Below, in pieces: positions 52,931-64,000 of a DNA stretch of 64,000 nucleotides. The notes beneath the pieces were generated by a model. The model searched no databases. It saw only the letters and a list, made by a program, of their open reading frames with translations, and had not been told where the DNA came from. The first letter of the stretch is position 1, and the number at the start of each line of letters is the position of its first letter. This DNA comes from the human T2T-CHM13v2.0 reference genome, Homo sapiens, in NCBI RefSeq assembly GCF_009914755.1, contig NC_060947.1. One strand, given 5' to 3'. Both the position numbers and the translations under genes were made by a program.

Positions 52931-55900
52931 TTTTTTTCATATATCAGTTGGCCTTTTATACGTCTTCTTTTCAGAAATGTTTATTCAGGTCTTTTGACCA
53001 TTTCCTAAATAGGGTTATTTGTTTCTTTTTTCTTTTTTTTTGTTATTGAATAATCGGAGTTACTCATATATTTTGGATATGAAACCCTTACCTGTTGTAT
53101 GATTTGCAAATATTTTCTCCCAATCTGTGGATTATCTCTTCACTCTTTTCATTGTTTCCTTGGCTGTGCAAAAGTTTTTAGTTTGATGCAATCTCATTTG
53201 TCTATTTTTGCTTTTGTTGCCTGTTTTTGGGGTCATATGCAAGAAATCATTGGCCAGACCAATGTCATGTTAAGTTTTCCCCTGTGTTTTCTTCTAGCAA
53301 TTTTATGGTTTCAGGTCTTACATTTCAGTCTTTAATCCATTTTGAGTTGATGCTGTTTTTGTTTTTTTGTTTTTTTGTTTTTTGTTTTTTGTTTTTTTTT
53401 TTTTGAGATGGAGTCTCACTCTGTCACCAGGCTGGAGTGCAGTGGCACAATCTCAGCTCACTGCAATGTCTGCCTCCTGTGTGTTCAAGTGATTCTCCTG
53501 CCTCAGCCTGCCAAGTAGCTGGGACTACAGGCACGTGCCACCACATCTGGCTAATTTTTTGTATTTTAGTAGGGACAGGGTTTCACCATGCTGGCCAGGA
53601 TGGTCTCGATCTCTTGACCTCGTTATCCACCCGCCTTGGCCTCCCAAAGTTGATTCTTATATAAGGGATGTATAGAGTCCAATTTCATTCTGTATTTGGA
53701 CAGCCAGTTTTCCCAATACAATTTATCAAGGACACTGTCTTTTCGCCATCATGTGTTCTTGGCCCCTCTGTTGAAATTCAATCTATCATAGACAAATGGG
53801 TTTATTTCTGGGCTTTCTAGCCTGTTCTGTTGCATACCAGTGCCATTCTGCTTTTGTTACTATAGCTTCACAGTACACTTTGAAATCAGAGACTTTGATG
53901 CCCGCAGCTTTGTTCTTTTTGCTAAGAATTTATTTGGCTATTTGGGGTGTTTTGGGGTTCCACGCAATTTTTAGGATTGTCTTTTGCTATTTCTATAACA
54001 AAAGGGTCATTGGAATTATAATGGGGGCTGCATTGAATCTGTAGGCCCCTTTATGTAGCATGAATATTTTAACTATATTAATTCTTCCAATCTATGAACA
54101 CTAGAGAGCTTTCCATTTATTTGTGTCTTCTTCTATTTCTTTAATCAATGTTTTATAGTTTTTAGTATAGAGATGTTTCACCTTCTTGGTTAAATTTACT
54201 TCTACGTATTTAAGGTTTTGATGTTATTGTAAATAGGATTGTTTTCTAAATTTCTTCTTCAGATAGTTCATTGTCAGTGTATACAAATGCTACTAATTTT
54301 TGTATGTTGATTTTGTAACTTGCAACTGTACTGAATTCATTGATCAGTTCTAAAAATTTTTGGTGGAGTCTTTAAGTTTTTCTATATATAAAATTATATC
54401 ATCAGCAAGCAGAGATAATTTTACTTCTTCCTTTCCAATTTGGATGCCTTTTATTTCCTTTTTTGCCTAATTGCTCTGGCTTGGATTTCTAATACTATAT
54501 TGAATAGAAGTGATGAGAATTGTTATCTTTGTCTTATTCCTGATCTTAAAAGAAAAATCTTCAACGTTTCACCATTGAGTATGACGTTAGCTGTGGGTTT
54601 GCCATATATGGCTTTTATTGGGTTAATGAACATTCCTTATATACCTATTTTGTTGAGTGTTCTTATCATGAAAAAACATTACATTTTGTCAAATGATTTT
54701 CTACATCTATTGTGATAATCATATTATTTTTGACCTTCATTCTGTTAATATGGTGGATCACATTTATTGACTTGCATATGTTTAAACATCCCAAAGATAA
54801 ATCCCACTTTATCATGGTATATGATCTTTTAACTACTATTGAATAAGGTTTTCTACTATTTTGTTAAAGATTTCTATGTTGATTAAGGATATTCGCCTGT
54901 AGGGTTTTTTGTTGTTTTGTTGTTCTGTCTTTGCCTGGCTTTGCTCTCAGAGTAATGCTGGCTTTGTAAAATGAGTTTGAAAGTTCGCCCTCATCCCAGA
55001 ATTTTTGGAAGAGCTTGAGAAAGTTTGGTACTTGTTCTTTAATTGTTTGATAGAATTCAGCCATGAAGCCATCTGTCCTGGGGTTTTCTTTGATGGGGAC
55101 CTTTTATTATTGATTCAATGGCTTTATTCATTATTGTTTGGTTCAGATGTTCTATAAACCCATGATTCAGTCTTGGTAGTCATATTTTTCTAGGAATTCA
55201 TCAATTTATTCTAGAATATCCAATTTGTTAGTGTATACTGGTTCATAGTTGTCTCTTAGTAGCATTTTTGCCTCTGTCTTATCAGTTGTGATGTCTCTTC
55301 TCTCATTCCTGATTTTATTGTTGAGCTTTCTCTCTACTCTGTTAGTCTAAATAAGGATTTGCCACTTTAGTTTTACAAAAACCAACTGTTAATTTAGTTG
55401 ATCTTTTCTATTGTTTTCCTAGACTATTTTATTCTCTAATATTCATTATTTCCTTTGTTCTCCTAACTTTGGGTTTAGTTAGTTCTTCTATTTCTAGTTT
55501 CCTGAGGTGTAACATTAGGTTGTGTACTTGATATTTTCATTCTTCATTCTTTTTTGATAGAGGCATTTAATGCCATAAATTTTCCTCTTGGAACTGCTTC
55601 TGTTATGTCTCATAAGTTTCGGTATGTTTTATTTGCATTTTTGTTTGTCTCAAAATATCTTTTAATTTCTCTTTTAATTTCTTTTTGGACTCAATTATTG
55701 TTCCTGAGCATATTGTCTAGTTTTCACATATTTGTGAATTTTGCATGATTCCTTCTATTATTGACTTCTAGTTTCATAAGATTGTGGTCTGAAAAGATAT
55801 TTGATATGATTTCAGTCTTCTTAAATTTGTCAAGACTTAGTCTGAGGTCTAACATATGATCTATCTTAGAGAATGTTCCATGCCCACTTGAGAAGAATGT

Positions 55901-56844
55901 TTATTCTGTTGCTGTTGAATGGAATGTTCTGTATATGTCTGTCAGGCCAATTTGATCTGAAGTGCTCAACATCACTAATTATCAAGGAAATGAAAATTAA
56001 AACCTCAATGAAATATTACCTCTCACCTGTTGAAATGGCTATTGTCAAAATGATGAATGAGAACAGATGTTGGCAAGGGTGTGGAGAAATCGAAACCCTT
56101 GTACACTGTTGATGGAAATGTAAATTAATACAGCCATTATGGAAAACAATATGGAGATTCCTCAAAAATACTAAAAATAAAATTACTTTATGATCCAGAA
56201 ATCCCATGCTTAGGTTTCTATCTAAAGAAATCAAAACCAGTGTGTTGAAGACATGTTTGAACTTCCATGTTCATTGAAATGTTATTCTCAATAGCCAAGA
56301 ATTGGAAATAGCTAAAGTACCTATCAACATTTAAAATATGTGGTATACATACACGATAGAATATTATTCAGCCTTTAGAAAGAACAATAGTTGTCATTTG
56401 CAACAATATAGATAGATTTAGAGGACATTATGTTAAGTAAAATAAGTCAAGCACAGAAAGGTAAATATTGCTTGCTGTCACTTATATGTGGAATCTAAAA
56501 ATTTGAACTTATAGAGCAGACCTGTGGTTACCAGAGGCTGGGGTAGAGGTGGGGTGTGGAAAAGGGGAAATGTTAGTCAAAGGGCACAAAGTTTCAGTTA
56601 GAAAAGAGTAATAAGTTTTGTTGATCTATTGCACTTCATGGTGACTGTAGTTAATGTATTGTATACTTCAAAATTGCTAAAAGTGGATTATAAATGTTCT
56701 CACCATAAATAAATGACAAGTATGTGAAGTGATTAATGTTAACTAGCCTGATTTGCTCATTATACGATGTATACATGTATCAAAGCATCACGTTGTATCC
56801 CATAAATGTACATAATTATTCTGTGTCAATAAAAATATTTTTTA
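52931..56844 (+). mobile_element. L1MA6/7-like twin-primed insertion (52931-~55960 antisense ORF2; ~55961-56844 sense 3' end)
   Basis: The two parts are contiguous on the L1 (atatgaaaaaa | tgctcaacatcac); TSD taaaacc(a/c)tg at 52921-52930 and 56845-56854. Confidence 0.88.
53355..53650 (-). mobile_element. AluSc, 5'-truncated, with patterned (GTn) tail
   Basis: caggatggtctcgatctcttgacctcgt diagnostic; ends at ctcccaaagt; TSD core gttgat. Confidence 0.9.
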
Positions 56845-58519
56845 TAAAACCCTGAAATATTGGGGAAGGGGCTAAATTGTTGCAGATAAGGTCAGAGAAG
56901 GGAAAGAATACTACTATATTTCTAATGAACTCCTGGAGAGTGTCTTGATAACTTTAAAGCCAGGGTTATAGTTGCTGTCTACCAACAATAAAATGTGTGT
57001 AATAAGAATTCACATTCATAAAGAGTAAGAAGGGAAAACACATTAGCACCGTGCTGTTTCAAAATGCAGAAAAGGTATTTGATCAAATGATTGATTCTCA
57101 TCTGTCATGAAAAGCTTTCTTATAAAGGAAAAAGAAGTCTTACTATGTTCCTAACAGCAAAATAGTCGATTCTCATTTCCTGCCTAATGAATTATTTACA
57201 CACTCTACTGAAGGCCATTTATACTCAACCTACACTTACACAATGCTCCAGAAGGTGGCACATTCAATTACACAAGAATTTCTTCTAAATTCAATATATT
57301 CTCTTCATTTAATCTGTGAAAATGTTGGTGTTCTCCACCTTAGAGATGAATGAAGACCCATGTTACGATACAATGGTCCTTTTATGATCACAGAGCAATG
57401 TGTGAAGCAAGTTTTTGTAAGAATATCATTATTTGATCAATGTAAATCAAGAACCAGTGCAACTCTAAAAGCATGGTTCAGCCCCTTATCTAGTACCTTG
57501 GGTTCTTTTGACATTTCCTTACTCTGCCCCTACATTGCTCCTGCCTGACCCAGCTCCTTCAGGAACTAGCACTCCTTGAACTAGTAGATGTTCAGGAGAA
57601 ACTGAAGGAGCTGGCAACCTTTAAACTAAAGATGGTGCTTTTAATATCTTGAGAAACCTTTTAAGTGACAAATGAGTTGCTAGTTTTAAGCATTTTTTTC
57701 CTCAAAGGCATGCATTTAGCATACTTAGCTCATTCATATTACAGTAGCAGATTTTCACCTCAAAGAAAAGCTCTATTCTTGTTCCTCATGCTGTGTAGGA
57801 GGAAAGAAAGGTGTGTCTTAAAAACACTGCAGGCTCCTTCAGTCATTTGTGCCTCATTACAGATGTAGGTTGGGCATCTTACAATAATAGTAGTGGCAAC
57901 AGGCTGGTTCCCAGACAGAGGTCCCAGTGTAGCAAGGATGAATGAAAGTGAAATGGAGACCAGCTGACATTTAGGTTGCTCAAAATGCATTGGGTTTTCA
58001 TGTTATGTTGCTGGTAGAGTTAATTTCCCCATTCATACAATAGCTGGAGCAACAGGTGCAATGACTTTCTTGATTTTAGAGCAACATATTATATCACTTT
58101 GACATGGTCATTGAAAGAAAATGTCTCTATGTAGAGTAAAGACACAATGGTGAAACTAACAGAAATGTGGCAACAACATGAAAATTTAGCTGGATTAACA
58201 CATTGCAGCAATAATTTCTAGTTCAAAATAATTTACTAAACACCAGGACCTCTTTGTAGGTAAAATTGGGTACATTTTAATGTATCTAGGAATGCCAGTT
58301 GCCTCTTGAGAATTTCATCTTAAAATTCAAATTTAATTTTTGAAAATGATCTTTAAATTATTAATCTTATGGTCTTATATTACTAAATATTATCTGAATG
58401 ATAATAATACAAGTTTTGCGATTTGGGCTATAAAATTTTGCTTTTTATTATCCATAATAAGCTGAATAATTCCCCCAAAATCACATTTTTTGACTTCCTA
58501 GAACTTATAACTTTAAAAT

Positions 58520-61072
58520 TAAGTATTTTAAAATTATTGAGAGATATACTATTGATATAGAAAGATGCATACATGTACAGTTTAAAGAATAAATTAGAAA
58601 ATAGTGTAAACCCCATCTAAGTAAGGAACGGAACACTGCCAGCCAGCAAGCACATCAGCAGCTCCTTGCACATTCACTATTTGCTACTTATCTGCGTTCC
58701 CGTTCCACCAGAGTGTTATTCTGACTCTTGAATATGCTATTTGCTTTTCTGTTTGTTTTTTTACCACATATGATGAAACCATAAACAATATACTATTTAA
58801 TTTAGCCTGAACTTTATATAATCAAAATGGACTTGGAGATATCTTTTTGTCTTGTTTCTTTCTATCAAAATTATAATTGTGAAAATTATCAATGTTGTTC
58901 CATGTAAACATAGTTCATTTATTTTTATTGCTGAAAAATATTTCATTATGTGTAAACAACAAAATGTAATTATCCATTTTACTAATGATAAATTTTTGAG
59001 TCATTTATGTTTCTTGCTATTGCAAGCAATGATTCAATGAGCAGTTTTGTATGGGTTTCCTGGTGCACAAAAATATGAATTTAAATATGTTATATACCTA
59101 AAGATTGTCTTCTGTATTACAGTTCATTTTCATCTTCAACTTTATGAAATAGTGTCAAAATTATTTCCAAATTTACTTCACCAATTAATATTCCCAACAG
59201 CAGTGGATGAGAATTTCTGTTGGGCCACATTGTTGCCAAACCTAGTCAATGATTGCCAATCTGTTGTATAATATACATAACTGTATCACATTTGGGTTTG
59301 AATTTGCATTTCAGTGAAACTTGAACACCTATTCAGAAATGTATTGATTATTTGGATTTCTTCTTTTGTGGAGAGATTGTTTAAGTTTTTGGTCCTTTTG
59401 TCTATTTTGTTGTCTATAGTATTAATATTGATTTGTAGAAGCTTTTATATATTCTGTACTTGAATCCTTTGTCAACTATACTATAAGAAAACTTTTCCTT
59501 TCAGTTGGTGACTAATCTTTTTAAATATTTCCCCTGGTCTTCTGATTAATAAACTTTTTTTTCATTTTAATGCAATTTAACAGTATTTTCTTTGGCTGGG
59601 TGATTTTAATGTTTTGTTTAGTAGTTTTTTCCTATGCTACAGTCAGGTTGACAGTCTTCTCTATTGTATTCTAAATGTTTCATATGTTGGGTATTATAGT
59701 ACATGGCTTAAATTTAGCTGGAATTTATCTTTCACAAAATATTAAGTTGGGGTAGAATTTTTGCCCATGGATTCCTAATTGAGCCAGCACCATTTTTTTA
59801 AAAAAATCCATTATTCCCTGTTGATCTTCAAAGGTCTGTTTTTTTAATATATCAAGTGCCATAAGTGGGTCTGTGTCTGTTCTCTCTATTCTGTTTTGTT
59901 GAACTGCTTCATTCCATTTACCAACAAAAACATTCTTGATTACTGTAGCTTTATAATAAGCCTTGATATCTAGTTAGAAAACACCTTTACTTTGTTTTTC
60001 TTTATGTTGGTCTTGACCCTCCTTACTACCACTTTTCTATTCCTTATAAACTTTTGAATCAGCTTATCAAATTCCACAAAATTGATGGTGAGAATTTCCA
60101 CTGGGATTATATTGACATTTTAATGCAATTTGAGTAGAATTTATATCTTTATGATATTGTGTTTTTAATTCATGAATGTTTATCTCTACATTTAATTAAG
60201 TCTTCTTTAATTTCTCTCATTAAGGCTACAAGATTTCTCTGTAAAGGTCTTACACATACTTTATTAGATGTATTCCAAGGTACTTGACATTTTAAATTTT
60301 TATTGCAAATTGTTCCACATAAATAAAAATATAATGGAATTTGTTATAAGCATCTAATATCCAGTAAAATTCTTATTTTTCATATTCTTTCTGCAATTTA
60401 TTTTAGATCATCCATATCCACAATCATACAATTTGTGAGTAACAACAATATTGTTTCATCTTGTACGATTTCAATATATTTTAGTTACAAATTTTGACTG
60501 TGGAGGCAAGCACATGCAATATAATGGTAAATAGTTGTGTAGAGCATCATCACCTAAACAGAAATGTATTAAAAGTTCCCCATAGTTTGATACACTTTAG
60601 CAGGTAAAATAATCTTTCTTTTATTCCTGGGCTATTAAAGGATTATTTCTTTTATTTATGTGAGATGTACGTTCAGCATAAAACTTCTTTCAATGCTGAG
60701 TATACATTTATTTTATCAAATGATTTTTGTCATTAAATAATTATATGAATTTTGTGTCCTATAGTAATGCAATAACATACATTAGCTGACTTTCTAATGC
60801 TATGTCACCTTGTTCCAAGTGTATTAACCTTTTTATGTATTGGAGATTTGGCTTGCTGTTATTGTGTCTGGAATTTTCACATCTATGTTCATTAGAGAAA
60901 TTGGCCTATAAGTTGCTCTTCCTGTATTTTCCTCCTCAGGTTTCTGTATCAGAGATTGGGTAGTATAAAAATGAGTTGGGGATTGTTGCTTTTTTCTATA
61001 TTCTAGAAGAGTATCGTGAGATTAGAGCCATTTTGTCTTCAACATTTGAGATCACTTCTTATGAGGCCATCT
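58520..61072 (-). mobile_element. Old L1ME 3' UTR and ORF2
   Basis: Degenerate antisense L1 motifs (gagccagcaccatt, ttttgaatcagcttatcaa, aaaatgagttgggg). Confidence 0.72.
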
Positions 61073-61157
61073 TTTGCTCATCATCTGACCAGCATTCCTT
61101 GCAGTCTACTGAGGGTAGGTAGGGTGTGGGGCAGGTTTATCTCTAGTTCTCCCTTCC

Positions 61158-61335
61158 TGGGACTGTGAAATTAGCAGGTAAAAATGCAGGGAATCTAGTT
61201 AAATTTCAATTATTTTTCATTGCCTATATGACTGCACACTGAGATATACAAATATTGCATGGAATAGATATATGCAAAAATTATCCACGGTTTATCTAAA
61301 ATAAATTATAAATATTTAAATTATATACCCCTCTG
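61158..61335. mobile_element. MER53-like palindromic hAT MITE
   Basis: ttagcaggtaaaaatgcaggg...agttaaattt...aaatattgcatgg...gtttatctaaaat. Confidence 0.6.
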
Positions 61336-61894
61336 TTTAAGTATATTTACTTGATGATTTCTCTCTCTTTATGAATTCCTTGTTTTCCAGAAATTGCTTA
61401 CAAATTTCTTTACAGTTAAAGCCTATTTACATTGTAGCATACGTTCTACACCGGTCACTGCCAACTTATTTAATTATTTTGTCCATTGAAAATTATTAAT
61501 GAGAACATATGCTTAAAGTTAACGACTTTGATAACTTATTTTCAACTTTGATTTTTTAAGCATGGCATAACTTGCTTTACCATTCTTCAAGATTGTGTTT
61601 CATCTATGACCAACGATTTTTTCAATGTTGTCCAGTAACAAAAAGAATATTATCATGATTTTTAATCCCCTTCTTCTTTAGTCTTACATAAGATGATTTC
61701 ATGTATTCCCACACTGGAAGAATATATAATAATATTCATGTAAAAGGATCAAATTATTCAAGCAATGAAATCTATTTCAAAGGATCGTTATGGCAAGTGT
61801 CATAATAATTATCCACTCAAGTGAGAATTTCTTTTCCATTAATGAGTAATGTTGTCCTTTAAAAAAAATTGACATTTAAGGGATTATTTATAAA

Positions 61895-62745
61895 TTATTT
61901 ATTTTTTCCCTCCAACCTTTATTTTAGGTTCAGAGAGTACATGTGTAGATTTGTTACATGGGTAAATTTCATGTCACTGAGGTTTGGTATACAAATGATT
62001 TCATTACTCAGATAGTGAGCATAGTATGCAATAGGTGGATGTTTGTTTCTCATCCTCCTCCCACTGTCTACCTTTAAGTAGGCCCCAGTGTCTGTTGTTC
62101 CCCTCTTTGTGTCCTTCTATACTCAATATTTAGCTCCCACCTATAAGTAAGAACACGTGATATTTGGTTTTCTTTTCCTGCACTAATTTGCACAGGAAAA
62201 TGGCCTCCAGCTGCATCTATGTTCCTACAAAGGACATTATTTTATTCTTTTTTATGGCTGCATAGTATTCTGTGGTGTATATGTACCACGTTTTCTTTAT
62301 CTAGTTCACCACTGATGGGCATTTAGGTTGATTCTATATCCTTGTTATTGTGAATAGTGTTGCGATGAACATACGTGTGCATGTCCATGTCTCTTTATGG
62401 TAGAATGATTTGTATTCCTTTGGGTATATACCCAGTAACGGGATTGCTGATTCAAATGGTAGTTCTGTTTCAAGTTATTTGAGAAACTTCCCAACTGCTT
62501 TCCACGTGGCTGAACTGATTTAACTTCCTGTCAGCAGTTTACAAGCATTCCCTTAGAAATCTCACCAACATCTGTTTCTCTTTGCTTCTTAATATTAGCC
62601 ATTTTGACTGGTGTGAGATTACATCTCAACTGTGGTTTTGATTTGCATTTCTCTAATGATTAGTGATGTTGACCAGTTTTTCATATGATTGTTGGTCATG
62701 TGTATGTCTTCTTTTGAGAAGTGTTCATTCATGTTCTTTGCCCAT
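61895..62745 (-). mobile_element. L1PA15/16-like 3' end
   Basis: ttttaggttcagagagtacatgtgtagatttgttacatgggtaaatt...gagaagtgttcattcatg. Confidence 0.88.
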
Positions 62746-63209
62746 ATATTCAATAACTTCCTTTAAGCAATGAGCACTTTAATAACATTGCTATTCTTTC
62801 ACTTTGCAAAATCCTATTGAAAAAGAAGCATTGAAAACTATGAACAAGAAATAAGTAGGCTTCACTCAATGGGCCATTTAAAAAGTCAAAAACAATTTGG
62901 GGAGCCTTTACTTCGAAATTAAAGTATAATTTCAATGCTTCCAAAAAAACTGAAAAATCTTTCAGTTGAACTGTATTTGTTAGAGAGAGCCAATATTGTC
63001 TTGAATAAGAGAATTAAAAAATACTAGATACTAACAAAATCACAAAAATGTTTTGATAAATTAAGACAGTAAATGCCAAAGAGAACAATTTTATGACAAT
63101 TACTTCAGAGTCAAGAGAATGAATATCAGATACTATTGTTTTTTTGCAGAATATGGAAAGTACAGCTATTTTCTGTAGACTCATTCGTGTTGTGTTTAAA
63201 CTTTGTAGG

Positions 63210-63513
<304 letters not shown>

Positions 63514-64000
63514 TCTGTTTCAACTTTGAATAAACATTGTACCTAAATGAAAATATCCACCAAAATTTGTACTTGGATTATCTCTGCCAAAAGCAGTACG
63601 TTTTTCTTGTTCACTCCTAAATCAAAAATAGTCTCTGCAAAAGCTTCTGTTTCTGAAGTTTCATTGGAAGGGATTTCATTCACAATAGCTTTATAAGCAA
63701 GCATTTTTCATGAGAAAACTATTGCACAAGCAAAGGAAAAGTTGTTTTGTGCATCCTCATGACTTCAATCTGTGGCTATCCTGTAAAAAGGCCTAGATCT
63801 TTTATCACAAATGATTTAAATCTATTATTTAGATCTTCAATAATCTCCATAAATGAACTATTTAATTTTTTAATTATTGCAGTAGGTTTTACCCTGACAC
63901 ATCCAAATTTGCCTGCAATTTTAGAATCAGAAAACACTTCTGGTAGTAGTATATTCAAAACATCATTTGAATTGTAAGACTGATGACGATCTATAGTGTC

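Noticed and set aside
57799-57864. EGF-like C-x-N-T-x-G-S-F-x-C in VCLKNTAGSFSHLC
   Set aside because: Cysteine spacing is wrong on both sides; likely coincidence

Overview
AT-rich, CpG-poor primate genomic DNA (catarrhine, human/ape-like; it carries AluY, L1PA3/4 and MER11D). Most of it is nested, decayed interspersed repeats: L1 (L1PA, L1P4, L1MA, L1MB, L1ME, HAL1), Alu, MIR, L2, MaLR/ERVL/ERV1/ERVK LTRs and hAT DNA transposons. I recognise no intact protein-coding gene, RNA gene or CRISPR array; the ORF-track entries are repeat fragments or random ORFs. I found no convincing new biological system. The notable signals are structural: two local non-tandem templated duplications that span repeat junctions; three L1MA copies that keep both termini but lack kilobases of interior; three twin-primed (5'-inverted) L1s of different ages; a long hAT-Blackjack-like transposase fossil next to a MER53; an ERVL provirus remnant; and a few unverified plus-strand exon-like segments, one encoding a signal-peptide-like N-terminus. 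Repeat subfamily names come from recall of consensus sequences, and boundaries are approximate unless TSDs are given.
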